DNA of 64,000 nucleotides from contig CBDURO010000005.1 in NCBI GenBank assembly GCA_965369995.1, positions 4,295 to 68,294 of the forward strand, written 5' to 3'. The first letter of the stretch is position 1. Each line of letters starts with the position of its first letter. The stretch is from an uncultured bacterium (GTDB lineage: Bacteria; Fidelibacterota; Marinisomatia; Marinisomatales; JAHJCW01). Positions 1 through 10,087 of the stretch are shown here, piece by piece. Both the position numbers and the translations under genes were made by a program. The notes beneath the pieces were generated by a model, which ran no database searches, was not told the origin of the DNA, and saw nothing but the letters and a program-made list of their open reading frames with translations.

Positions 1-6
1 AAAGGT

Positions 7-1290
7 TCAGTCACGAATGATACTCCGCACAACCCTGGTTGCCGAACCAATATTATCATGGATTACTTGAGTTGCGGACAAACTTGCATCTAAAAAACGA
101 TTTTTATCATTTAATAAAATTTTCATTATGTCATAAAATTCTATGCCATTATTTATTGAAAAACCACCTCCTGATTTCAATAATTCTATCGCCTCATGCG
201 ATTTTCTGTACTTAGGACCAAAAATTACCGGTAGTCGCGCTATAGCTGGTTCCATAACATTATGTATGCCACTGGAAAAACCTCCACCGATGTAAGCAAG
301 CTGTCCCTGCCAGTAAAATTTTGATAATGCACCAACTACTGCAAGAATTACAACTCTGCCATTTTTAATTTTGATTGTTTTTTTTGATTTGATTATTAAC
401 GGATTATATCCTTGCGATTCAAACATTTGAATCGATGATTGGATATATTTTTCTGATGGTTCATGCGGTACCCATAAAATGCAAAGTTCTTCATCCTCTT
501 CCATAAGCTGAAATATCGAATTAATAATCTTCTTCTCGTCTTCCGGCCACACGCTTCCTATGATAAGTCTTTTATCACGCATTAAAACTGTTATTGTACG
601 ATCTTTCGTAAATTTATCAGCTTTTTCTTTTACTCTATCATATCTAGGATTACCCAGTACGCGTACGATAGGTCTATTTTTTAATGGTAATATTTTATTT
701 AGCTGGTAATTATCTTCTTCTGTTATAGTGTAAATTGTAGAAAATGATTGATAAACAGTTCTATAAAAGTTTTTTATTACTGGAAGTAATTTAGATGTAC
801 TATGATCAAATCTTGCTGCGAATACATTCGTATGTATTTTGCGTCTATTGGCTAACCAAACAAGGTTTGGCCAGATATCGTATGATGCGAATATTAATTT
901 TTTTGGTTTGATAATCTTAAGTGCCCTGCGGATTGACCAAATAAAATCGAATGGTAAATATATCATGCAATCAATATTTTGATCATTAACATTTTTATAT
1001 CCAGAAGGAGAGAAAAAACTCGCTATTATATAGCATCCTTTTTCCACTTCTTTTATTCCTCTTAAAACTGGTTTTACTTGTTCAAATTCTCCATGTGAAG
1101 CAGAATGAAACCAGTATATAGATTCCTTTCTATCCCAACTTTGTAAAGTGTTTTTTAAGATGTCAATAGTATGAAAACGACCGACTAATCCTTCTCTCAG
1201 TTTTTTATTAAATATTGCACCTAAACTAACTAAAATAAATATTAGTGGATAAATTATTATGTTATAGACAAGGAACCAAAAATATATCAT
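7..1290 (-). CDS. waaA: 3-deoxy-D-manno-octulosonic acid (Kdo) transferase
   Basis: 427 aa; N-terminal TM, WFHSASHGE motif, GNPRYD, IIGSVW, GGGFSSGIHNVMEPA (GGS...GHNxxEPA equivalent). Confidence 0.93.
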   Translation of the reverse strand: MIYFWFLVYNIIIYPLIFILVSLGAIFNKKLREGLVGRFHTIDILKNTLQSWDRKESIYWFHSASHGEFEQVKPVLRGIKEVEKGCYIIASFFSPSGYKNVNDQNIDCMIYLPFDFIWSIRRALKIIKPKKLIFASYDIWPNLVWLANRRKIHTNVFAARFDHSTSKLLPVIKNFYRTVYQSFSTIYTITEEDNYQLNKILPLKNRPIVRVLGNPRYDRVKEKADKFTKDRTITVLMRDKRLIIGSVWPEDEKKIINSIFQLMEEDEELCILWVPHEPSEKYIQSSIQMFESQGYNPLIIKSKKTIKIKNGRVVILAVVGALSKFYWQGQLAYIGGGFSSGIHNVMEPAIARLPVIFGPKYRKSHEAIELLKSGGGFSINNGIEFYDIMKILLNDKNRFLDASLSATQVIHDNIGSATRVVRSIIRD

Positions 1291-2330
1291 CGCAAGCCGC
1301 CATCAATAATCTTATTTAATACAATTTTTGGAGTAATGGTCGTCATACAATATTGTTCATCACGATAGCATTTTCGTTTTCCGGTTTGGGAACAAGGTCT
1401 GCACCAAATATCGTTATTTTCTACTGTTATAGAGTTTTTACGATTAACGCCAGCTCCTGTTTCACAAGAAGTTGGACCTAGTATCGCAACTACTCTTTTT
1501 CCTAAAGCTTCGGCAGCATGCACTAATCCTGTATCTGAACCAATAACATATTTAGAGGTTGCAATAATTGACATTGATTCTCTTAAGCTTGTTTTCCCTT
1601 GTAAATTTATAATAGTTGGATCGCATTTAGCGATTTTATTACAAATGTTATCATTTTTTCCACCTAAAATTACAAAATCAATAATTTTGTTATTTTTCAA
1701 ATTTGCAAGCAATTTACAATAATTATCAATCAGCCAAGTTTTTTGTGGCCATGTTGCCCCGGGAATAATTGTGATGTATGGTTTTTTTACACTATTCCTC
1801 CTTAGCATTGTTTCCGTGTGTTTTTTTTCAATTTCAGATATAAATAATTCCGGTAATGGATATCTTTTATCATTCATCCATTCCTTAATTGGATGGTGTA
1901 GCAATTTTAATTGAGAAAAATCGGCTGGAAAGATATTTTTCCTAAATCTAAATAATAATAATCTCTTCCATCGTGGTTTTTTTAAATATCTTTTTGGAAT
2001 ATTTCTAATTATGAATCGAATTATTTTTGACCTTATGGAATTATGAAAATCAATTACCAAATCATAATCTGAATTATTAATCCATTTCCCTGTTTTGATT
2101 AGTTTCACGAAACCTGCATTTCTATCGAAAGGAATAATTCTATCAATATATTTATTTCCTTCCAAAATTGGAGCATAATTATTTAGAGTTAGAAAGTCAA
2201 TTTTAACTGAAGGAAAAATATTTTTTAATGTTCTTAGAGGAGATATTGTTAATACAATATCTCCTATTGAGCTAAATTTTATTGCTAATATTCGTTTAGG
2301 ATTGGCAATCCTATTTATTTCGATTGCCAT
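1287..2330 (-). CDS. GT9 family LPS heptosyltransferase (WaaC/WaaF-like)
   Basis: 347 aa; ILAIKFSSIGDIVL start motif, SDTGLVHAAEALG, LGPT, Cys-rich CRPCS tail; 4-nt overlap with waaA. Confidence 0.88.
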   Translation of the reverse strand: MAIEINRIANPKRILAIKFSSIGDIVLTISPLRTLKNIFPSVKIDFLTLNNYAPILEGNKYIDRIIPFDRNAGFVKLIKTGKWINNSDYDLVIDFHNSIRSKIIRFIIRNIPKRYLKKPRWKRLLLFRFRKNIFPADFSQLKLLHHPIKEWMNDKRYPLPELFISEIEKKHTETMLRRNSVKKPYITIIPGATWPQKTWLIDNYCKLLANLKNNKIIDFVILGGKNDNICNKIAKCDPTIINLQGKTSLRESMSIIATSKYVIGSDTGLVHAAEALGKRVVAILGPTSCETGAGVNRKNSITVENNDIWCRPCSQTGKRKCYRDEQYCMTTITPKIVLNKIIDGGLR

Positions 2331-3294
2331 TATAATTTACCAAATCAATTAATTTTTGTTTATATACAGTATCGGGATAGTTATCTATTGCTGATATAGC
2401 TTTCTCCGAAAAATCCGTAATTTTCTTTTTTGCGTAATCAAAACCACCGGTTGATTCAATTATATATTTTAATTCTTTGGTAACCTTTTTATTCTTTTTG
2501 ACTTTACGCAATAATCTACCTATTTGTCTAACTGTCTGTTTATCGGCAGTATTCATACTATGCACAATGGGTAAGGTGATCATATTGCTGATCACATCTT
2601 TTGCTAAATCTTTTCCGGTTTCCGATTGATTACCAAGTAGATCAAATAAATCATCTTTAATTTGAAATGCAATGCCCAAATTATTTCCAAATATTTTTAA
2701 TGCTTTATGGTCTGCTTCATTTTCCGAGGCGGTAATTGCGCCCAATTCGCAAGCAGTTGCAATTAAAGATGCGGTTTTTTTCTCAATCATTTTATAATAA
2801 ACTTTTTCATCCATACGTTTACTAATTGATTTTTCAATTTGAAGCAGCTCACCAGAACTAAGGTCTTCTGCAGTTCGACCAATGCTATCCAACACTTTAA
2901 AATTTTTCATCTTGACCATATAAATCAAAGATTTACTTAAAACATAATCACCCATCAGTAAGGATATCTTATTTTTCCACACTCTATTTAATGAGGGCCA
3001 ACCACGTCGGTATTCGGCATCATCTACAATGTCATCATGGATTAGTGTTGCGATATGTAATAACTCCATTACAGACGCTGCTCGATATGTATTTTCCGTC
3101 GGTTTACCGCAAATATGAGCAGACAAAATTGTTAAAATCGGACGAAACCTTTTTCCTCGTCTTTGAATAATATATTTACATACTGTATTAATTAACTTAA
3201 CATCTGAATGCAAGGCAGACTCAAACTCGATTTGAAATTCAGCCAAATCATTTTTAATTGGCTTGGTTATTTCTTTAAGAATGGAATGAGCCAT
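2311..3294 (-). CDS. Long-chain trans-polyprenyl diphosphate synthase (IspB/HepT-like)
   Basis: 327 aa; GKRFRP, first Asp-rich motif LIHDDIVD, RRG, GDY, KTA, second motif FQIKDDLFD. Confidence 0.92.
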   Translation of the reverse strand: MAHSILKEITKPIKNDLAEFQIEFESALHSDVKLINTVCKYIIQRRGKRFRPILTILSAHICGKPTENTYRAASVMELLHIATLIHDDIVDDAEYRRGWPSLNRVWKNKISLLMGDYVLSKSLIYMVKMKNFKVLDSIGRTAEDLSSGELLQIEKSISKRMDEKVYYKMIEKKTASLIATACELGAITASENEADHKALKIFGNNLGIAFQIKDDLFDLLGNQSETGKDLAKDVISNMITLPIVHSMNTADKQTVRQIGRLLRKVKKNKKVTKELKYIIESTGGFDYAKKKITDFSEKAISAIDNYPDTVYKQKLIDLVNYNGNRNK

Positions 3295-4055
3295 TAAGTT
3301 AGTTCGTCTTCTTTTTTCTGTTTTGCACGATTTACGCCGGCTGAAACTAATATGCTGATTTCGTATAATATTATAAGCGGGAATGTCATTATAATCATGC
3401 TAACCGGGTCGGGTGGAGTTATAAAAGCGGAAAGTACCATTATTGTTACTATCGCATGCCGGCGATATGTTCTGAGGAATTTTGGAGTTAATATACCAAC
3501 TAATGACAAAATGAATGATACAATCGGCATTTCAAAAATGATGCCGGCACCCATCATCAGCCACGTAATAAAACTAAAATAATAATTGATAGATATATTA
3601 TTTTGAACGTCACCGTAACCCATTGATGTAAAAAATTTCAGTGAAAACGGTATCAAAATAAAATAGGCAAATAAGATTCCACATAAGAAAGCCACATAAG
3701 TAAATATTATTATCGGAAGAATATATTTTACTTCAGTTCCATATAAACCGGGGGCAATAAATTTCCATAATTGATAGGTAATGATTGGTAAACCTAGTAT
3801 AAATCCACCTACGAAAGCTAAACCCCACTTTACCATAAACATTCCCTGCACTTTTAAAACTTGTAATGTGAACTGAGCACCAATCTTTAGCGTGGGAGCT
3901 ACTAATATTTCCATAATCTTATCAATAAAGACAAACGAAATGATTGCTCCAATAGCCACCGCTGCAAGCGATTTAATAATACGCCATCTAAATTCTTCGA
4001 GGTGGTCTAAGAACCCCATTTCAGATGTGTCGGTTTTACTCATTTTTAGTTGCAT
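3294..4055 (-). CDS. tatC: Twin-arginine translocase subunit TatC
   Basis: MGFLDHLEEFRWR, YQLWKFIAPGLY, FEMP, SAFITPPD motifs; six hydrophobic segments; start may be the ATG at 4043. Confidence 0.96.
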   Translation of the reverse strand: MQLKMSKTDTSEMGFLDHLEEFRWRIIKSLAAVAIGAIISFVFIDKIMEILVAPTLKIGAQFTLQVLKVQGMFMVKWGLAFVGGFILGLPIITYQLWKFIAPGLYGTEVKYILPIIIFTYVAFLCGILFAYFILIPFSLKFFTSMGYGDVQNNISINYYFSFITWLMMGAGIIFEMPIVSFILSLVGILTPKFLRTYRRHAIVTIMVLSAFITPPDPVSMIIMTFPLIILYEISILVSAGVNRAKQKKEDELT

Positions 4056-4980
4056 CTATTATTTGATTAGCAATTTCGTGGGCAGAAGATTTAATTGATT
4101 CCACATCTTTTGTACGCTGTTCAAGTACGACCAATCTTTTTGATGTCCAAAATTTCCTTAATAATGTATTTTGTATTAGGGAAAAAACTCTCTCACGGTG
4201 CCTATCAAGCTGTTTCTGAGTTAAAATACCCTTATTATCCATTGAATTTAAATGATTAAATATTCCATCGTATAATTCCACGACACCTTCACCTTTACTT
4301 GCAATTATATTCAAAACCGGCGGTTCCAATCTATTTTTACTATGATTATTATGTAACAGAGATTTTAGTGTGGTAGCTAATCTGTTGGCACCAGGACGGT
4401 CTGATTTATTTATTACAAAAAAGTCGGCAATTTCAATTAATCCAGCTTTCATTAATTGTACCTCATCACCTGATTCCGGAACTAACACAACTACAGCAAT
4501 GTCAACAGCTTTTATCACATCATATTCTCCTTGTCCAACACCGACTGTTTCGAAAATAACAATATCTTTTCCGCTTGCAGCGAGAATATCACCTACGTCC
4601 TGTGCTTTTTTTGCCAAACCACCTAAATCGCCATGCGTAGCCATGCTTCTTATAAATACATTATTATTCCAAGTGAACTTATTCATCCTTACACGGTCGC
4701 CTAATAGAGCACCACCGGTGAATGGGCTAGTTGGATCAACAGCAATCACCCCTACAGATTTATCATTATCCAGTGTTAATTTGATCAATTGGTTGATCAA
4801 TGTGCTTTTACCTGCACCGGGTGGTCCGGTAATCCCGATTCTTATCGCATTTTTTGTATATGGATAAATATCTTGATAGAATCGACTGTCAATATCTATG
4901 TTATCAATTATTTGAGTAATAACACGAGATAATATACGATGATCGTTGTCGCGGATACTTTTTATTATACTTCTATCCAT
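4036..4980 (-). CDS. meaB: MeaB/ArgK family GTPase (cobalamin-mutase chaperone family)
   Basis: 314 aa; GITGPPGAGKST, AVDPTSPFTGGALLGDRVRM, FIRSM, ETVGVGQ, NKSD. Confidence 0.93.
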   Translation of the reverse strand: MDRSIIKSIRDNDHRILSRVITQIIDNIDIDSRFYQDIYPYTKNAIRIGITGPPGAGKSTLINQLIKLTLDNDKSVGVIAVDPTSPFTGGALLGDRVRMNKFTWNNNVFIRSMATHGDLGGLAKKAQDVGDILAASGKDIVIFETVGVGQGEYDVIKAVDIAVVVLVPESGDEVQLMKAGLIEIADFFVINKSDRPGANRLATTLKSLLHNNHSKNRLEPPVLNIIASKGEGVVELYDGIFNHLNSMDNKGILTQKQLDRHRERVFSLIQNTLLRKFWTSKRLVVLEQRTKDVESIKSSAHEIANQIIDATKNE

Positions 4981-5325
4981 TATGTTAATGTTTAATTAAA
5001 TAATATTAGTGCATATAAAATTAATCAAGAAAAATACGGTTAATATTATATCAATTCAAATTGGTAACAATTACAATATTATATTACATTTATTGATAAC
5101 AAATGATCAGAATACATTTTAAAGACAAATGCAAGATTATTGGATTAATGTCAGAAACATCTTGTGATGGTTTGGATTTGGAATGGTGGTAATAGCTAAT
5201 GAAACAATAAAAAGGAAACCATCCAATATTCAAGTGACGACCGGAGCAAAATATCCTGCCATTTTATGCAAAATTTGTATGGTCTAATTACCTAAATTAA
5301 AAATACAATTATATAGGATTTTTAC

Positions 5326-7908
5326 ATGATTAAAAACAAAATTACAAATTTATTAATTACCATAAGTTTAATTATACTATTTACACCATTAATGTGTGGT
5401 GCTCAATCCTTGCCAAGAGGTGTGTCTATTCACATTTTAGACAATGGGTTGCAGGTGTTGCTGATAGAAAATCCCGCTCTTCCTATGGTAGGAGTTAATA
5501 CTGTAGTAAAAGTAGGTTCTGCTTATGAAACTTTTGCTACTTCCGGTATGAGCCATATGCTGGAGCATCTATTATTTAACGGAACGAATAGTCGTACTCA
5601 GAAACAACTTTACGATGACACAGATCGCATCGGAGGGTATAATAACGCTAATACTTCAGAATATTACACAAACTACATGATGGTTACGCCAGCTGAAAAC
5701 ATCGTTAACGGCATGGAGATCCAAGCCGATATGTTGTTTAATTCGACTCTTCCTGAAGCCAAATTTCAAAAAGAAAAGGGTATCGTTTTAGAAGAGATTT
5801 CAAAATCACTGGGTAGTCCTACAGAACAAATAAATCGAAATTTAATTTCGATACTATACAAAGGACATGCTCTATCGTTACCAACACTTGGCACATATGC
5901 TACTATAGAAGCCATGGATAGAGACGTAGTTTATAAATTTTATAAAAATAATTATGTACCTAACAATATGATTTTGAGCGTTATAGGTAATTTTAATAGT
6001 AATGATATGCTAAATAATATCAATAAGATTTATGGTAAATATCCGCCCGGAGAAGTATTCCACGGTACAAGTGAAAATTGGTCATTAGGATTTGATAATG
6101 AATTCCTTACAGTGCCAAAAAAAAGTATTTATCATCGATTTTATAACGGCGAAGAATTGCAACTCCAACTTCTTTTTAAAATACCGAATGATTATACAAC
6201 TGCATTTTACTCATTATTGGATATCAAACTTGATGATAGTAGTTCAAAATTAGAAGATATTATATCCAATAAATTTGGTGAAAATTTTCAATCTGTAAAA
6301 TTACAAGCTATCGAGTCACCTTTAACTGCATATCTTGAAGCAAGATTAATTATTACTAATAATACTTCGATTGATGAAATTATCGAATCAGTTAGCAGTT
6401 ATTTGCGGAATAATTCATGGGAATTCTCTAAAGAAAGGTTGGATACTGAAGCGACAAAAGCACGTACGGACTTCTTAAAAAATATTGAAAAACCGCATAT
6501 GTTTGGTATATACAATGCTCACGAATTTGCGGTAAACGGAATTGAAGCAGTATTAGCATCTTACTCCGGTGCTATTTATTATGAAGCTGCTGAAAAATTG
6601 CAGCAATTAAATATCGGTTCTGAACCGATATTTATTCTACAACATCCTGCAAAAATGAAAACTGAGACAAGTGAGAATGCTATTGTCTCAGAAAAACTAT
6701 TCGAGTCAGATGGATTATCACCTGCTTTAATTGTAAAGCAGAATGCAGATAGTAAATTATTGGCAATTCACTATTTAATTGGACATAAAGCTTCATTGGA
6801 ATCTGAATATGGTAAAGACACCGCAAAAATTCTACATGAATGTTTTGGTGACCGGATGAAATCTGATAAAAATAGTCAAATTAGCAGCAAATTTGGATTA
6901 TCCATTACTGTGAATGATAATGAATACATTCCAATGGATGACATATACCTTAATCCTGATTTTGGATATATCAGAGTTGAGGCATTAAGTGATGACATCC
7001 CTGCTGTTATAAATTATTTAAATGCCGAATTGCAAAATTTTATCCCAAGCGAAACTGAATACCAAAATGCGATAAAGAAATTTGGTAAACCAAATCCGAT
7101 GATAATGGGTAGAAAAGATCCCGCAGAAGAACTTTTTAAAGATAATTATAAGAGACTTGTTTATGAAGAAGATCAATATCTGAGAAATGAAGACTATCCT
7201 TCTTATGAACAATTACTACAATTCAGAGATATTTACTTTAGTCCAAGTAACATGGTTATCTCGATCGTTTCATCTGCTGCACCTGAAACGATAAAAGATG
7301 AATTTTCGTCCTTTTCCACAAGTGAAAATATTGAATATGAACCTGTTTATTTCAAACATATCAAGTTACAACAAGAAAAACAAAACATTGATAAACAAGG
7401 TGGTGGAAATCGTTCGTATTTATTCTGGGGATTTAGTACATCAATTGAAGAAAAAGATAAACCTGCATTGCAAGCTCTATCACTAATTTTAAGCGAAAAA
7501 ATCGTATTTGATATTCGTGAAAAACAAGGAATGGCTTATCATATGAGAGCGGGAATTAATGTAATTGATGACCGCGCATTATTCTATATTAACCAAGGTA
7601 CCAGATCACAGAATGTTGATAAACTTCTGAAACAATATCCAAAATTCTTCAAAAAATCGATATTAAATGATATTACATCTGCGTCTTTACAAAAATCTAT
7701 TAATATGTATCTGGGTAGAATGATGTTTCGGCGATTATCGAGTATTAATCAAGCGTATTATTTAGGATATTCATATTATTTTCATCAAGATATAAAACAT
7801 GACAAAACTTTTCTCGATGACTTACAAAATGTATCAATTAACAATGTAATGTATGTTGCGGATAAGTATTTAAATGTAAATAATCCTGTTACTGTTGTTG
7901 TAAAGTAA
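5326..7908 (+). CDS. Exported M16 family (insulinase/pitrilysin-like) zinc peptidase, single-chain four-domain type
   Basis: 860 aa; signal-peptide-like N-terminus; inverted zincin HMLEH, NANT, EKGIVLEE; C-terminal IREKQGMAY (R/Y pair). Confidence 0.9.
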   Translation: MIKNKITNLLITISLIILFTPLMCGAQSLPRGVSIHILDNGLQVLLIENPALPMVGVNTVVKVGSAYETFATSGMSHMLEHLLFNGTNSRTQKQLYDDTDRIGGYNNANTSEYYTNYMMVTPAENIVNGMEIQADMLFNSTLPEAKFQKEKGIVLEEISKSLGSPTEQINRNLISILYKGHALSLPTLGTYATIEAMDRDVVYKFYKNNYVPNNMILSVIGNFNSNDMLNNINKIYGKYPPGEVFHGTSENWSLGFDNEFLTVPKKSIYHRFYNGEELQLQLLFKIPNDYTTAFYSLLDIKLDDSSSKLEDIISNKFGENFQSVKLQAIESPLTAYLEARLIITNNTSIDEIIESVSSYLRNNSWEFSKERLDTEATKARTDFLKNIEKPHMFGIYNAHEFAVNGIEAVLASYSGAIYYEAAEKLQQLNIGSEPIFILQHPAKMKTETSENAIVSEKLFESDGLSPALIVKQNADSKLLAIHYLIGHKASLESEYGKDTAKILHECFGDRMKSDKNSQISSKFGLSITVNDNEYIPMDDIYLNPDFGYIRVEALSDDIPAVINYLNAELQNFIPSETEYQNAIKKFGKPNPMIMGRKDPAEELFKDNYKRLVYEEDQYLRNEDYPSYEQLLQFRDIYFSPSNMVISIVSSAAPETIKDEFSSFSTSENIEYEPVYFKHIKLQQEKQNIDKQGGGNRSYLFWGFSTSIEEKDKPALQALSLILSEKIVFDIREKQGMAYHMRAGINVIDDRALFYINQGTRSQNVDKLLKQYPKFFKKSILNDITSASLQKSINMYLGRMMFRRLSSINQAYYLGYSYYFHQDIKHDKTFLDDLQNVSINNVMYVADKYLNVNNPVTVVVK

Positions 7909-8071
7909 AAATTGTAACGTACTTTACATTATAATTCGTAACTAATTAAATAAATTCACATCTCATAATGAAAAATATTATCTTTTTTAGAAAATATTAT
8001 TTATTGAATCATCAGAGACTGTTAAATTGATTTGCTAAAAATTAGATATTTATTAAAGAAATGGAGGAAAT

Positions 8072-8398
8072 GTGGGAGAGAATGTTATAGAAATTACCGA
8101 TCAGAATTTTGAATCTGAGGTATTGCAGTCCGAAACACCGGTTGTAATTGATTTTTGGGCGGAATGGTGCGGACCTTGCAAAACGATTGCTCCTGTGATT
8201 GACGAATTAGCAGATGAATATCTAACAAAAGTAAAATTTGGCAAAGTAAATGTTGATTTTAATCAGCAAACTGCCATGAAGTATGGAATACGCAGTATTC
8301 CGAGTTTATTAATATTCAAAGATGGTTCAGTAGTAAATCAAATTATTGGTTCAGTTCCGAAAGATAGTATTGTTAAACTTTTAGAAGAAACGATATAG
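8072..8398 (+). CDS. trxA: Thioredoxin
   Basis: 108 aa; DFWAEWCGPCK, cis-Pro SIP; GTG start with GGAGG RBS. Confidence 0.98.
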   Translation: MGENVIEITDQNFESEVLQSETPVVIDFWAEWCGPCKTIAPVIDELADEYLTKVKFGKVNVDFNQQTAMKYGIRSIPSLLIFKDGSVVNQIIGSVPKDSIVKLLEETI

Positions 8399-8407
8399 GA
8401 TTTATTA

Positions 8408-9343
8408 ATGACCGAAAAAATGAAAAGGAATGTTATTATTATCGGTTCCGGACCTGCGGGATTGACCGCTGCAATTTATGCAGCACGTGCAAATTTAAAA
8501 CCCCTTATTTTTGAAGGAAATCAACCGGGTGGACAGTTGACAATTACAACTGAAGTTGAAAATTATCCCGGATTTCCAAAGGGTATTACCGGTCCAGAAT
8601 TGATGGATTTATTTCGTGAGCAAGCTCAACGATTTGGAGCTGAAACCGTATTTAAAAATGTTACTAAAGTAGATTTTAGTAATAAACCCTTCAAAGTATG
8701 GATTGGGGATGAGGAATATTCAAGTGATTCAATTATTATAGCAACCGGCGCTTCAGCTATGATGCTTGGTTTGGAATCAGAAAAAAAGTTATTTGGATAT
8801 GGGGTCTCTGCCTGTGCAACATGCGATGGGTTTTTCTACAAAGAGAAAAAAGTACTTGTAATTGGTGGAGGTGACTCAGCTTTGGAAGAAGCATTATTTT
8901 TAACAAAATTTGCTTCTGAAGTTTGGTTAGTACATCGTCGGGATGAATTTCGAGGATCGAAAATTATGCGGGATCGTGTATTTAAACATCCCAAAATACA
9001 TGTACATTGGAATTCAGTTGTAGATGAGTTTTTAGGGACAACAGAGTCCGGTTTGACAGGCGTAACTTTAAAAGATACTAAAACCGGTGAAACACGTGAG
9101 GATTCTTGTGATGGAGTTTTTATTGCAATTGGACATCGACCAAATACTACAATATTTGAAGGTATTGTAAAATTGGATGATAAAAAATACATCGTCACTA
9201 AGTCGGGAAGTACAGCAACTAATATACCAGGTGTCTTCGCTTGCGGCGATGTTCAAGATTATAAATATAGACAAGCCGTTACGGCTGCGGGTTCAGGTTG
9301 TGCTGCAACAATAGATGCGGAGCATTTTTTAGAAGAATTATAA
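8408..9343 (+). CDS. trxB: Thioredoxin-disulfide reductase
   Basis: 311 aa; GSGPAG, GGQLTITTEVENYPGF, CATC redox motif, GGGDSA, GVFACGD. Confidence 0.98.
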   Translation: MTEKMKRNVIIIGSGPAGLTAAIYAARANLKPLIFEGNQPGGQLTITTEVENYPGFPKGITGPELMDLFREQAQRFGAETVFKNVTKVDFSNKPFKVWIGDEEYSSDSIIIATGASAMMLGLESEKKLFGYGVSACATCDGFFYKEKKVLVIGGGDSALEEALFLTKFASEVWLVHRRDEFRGSKIMRDRVFKHPKIHVHWNSVVDEFLGTTESGLTGVTLKDTKTGETREDSCDGVFIAIGHRPNTTIFEGIVKLDDKKYIVTKSGSTATNIPGVFACGDVQDYKYRQAVTAAGSGCAATIDAEHFLEEL

Positions 9344-9383
9344 TAATAACTTCCGATTCATCAAAAAATATATGGAGTAAAAG

Positions 9384-10085
9384 ATGAGTCCAAGAAGTAA
9401 GCTTATTTATAGAATTGAAAACCTAAAGAAAACGTATGGTGATCGAACCGTACTTCAAATAGGTAGATTGCAATTCCATCCTGGTACAATTTATGGATTA
9501 ATTGGACCAATAGGTTCGGGAAAAACGACATTATTAAAAATTATGTCAGCTCTGGAGAAACCGACTTCAGGCATAATCGAATACGATTCGGAACCTTTTC
9601 AAACCAATTGGTTTGGTAAATTAAAAAAATATTCGGATATCTATTTTGCAAATTCAGATTTGCTGCAACAAAATTTATCTATTAGTCAAATTGCTAGAAA
9701 ATATTATTCGAAAAAAATTGACAATATTAGAACAAAGTATTTTTCAAAAGGCAATAAAGAAAAATTATGGACAATCCCATTAAATTCTTTATCACCGGGA
9801 GAAAAATCTTGGATAAATTGCATATTGGCAGTTGAAAGCGACCCACGGGTATTGATGATTGATGATTATGGAACCTTAATGGATTATGAAATGGAATTCG
9901 AATTTCGTAAACGAATACAAAAGATGAACCGGGATTTAGGAACTACAATAATTCTAGCTTCCCCGACCGATCAAATCATTAAAAAATTTGCTTCCGTAAT
10001 TATTTATATGGATAATGGTCATGTATCAAAAATCCGATCCGGTACATCAAAATCGTTCAAACGAACTCGACAAACAAGAAAATAA
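9384..10085 (+). CDS. ABC-type ATP-binding protein with degenerate motifs; no cognate permease nearby
   Basis: 233 aa; Walker A GPIGSGKTT; signature LSPGE; Walker B VLMIDD; switch region ILASP. Confidence 0.75.
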   Translation: MSPRSKLIYRIENLKKTYGDRTVLQIGRLQFHPGTIYGLIGPIGSGKTTLLKIMSALEKPTSGIIEYDSEPFQTNWFGKLKKYSDIYFANSDLLQQNLSISQIARKYYSKKIDNIRTKYFSKGNKEKLWTIPLNSLSPGEKSWINCILAVESDPRVLMIDDYGTLMDYEMEFEFRKRIQKMNRDLGTTIILASPTDQIIKKFASVIIYMDNGHVSKIRSGTSKSFKRTRQTRK

Positions 10086-10087
10086 AA

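Noticed and set aside
1-14. Possible next minus-strand gene starting GTG at 14 (MTEP...)
   Set aside because: Only four codons inside the window; cannot be supported.
4981-5325. Cobalamin riboswitch upstream of meaB, or a small ORF
   Set aside because: No B12-box or GGGAA core motifs seen on either strand; only very short ORFs without RBS or motifs.
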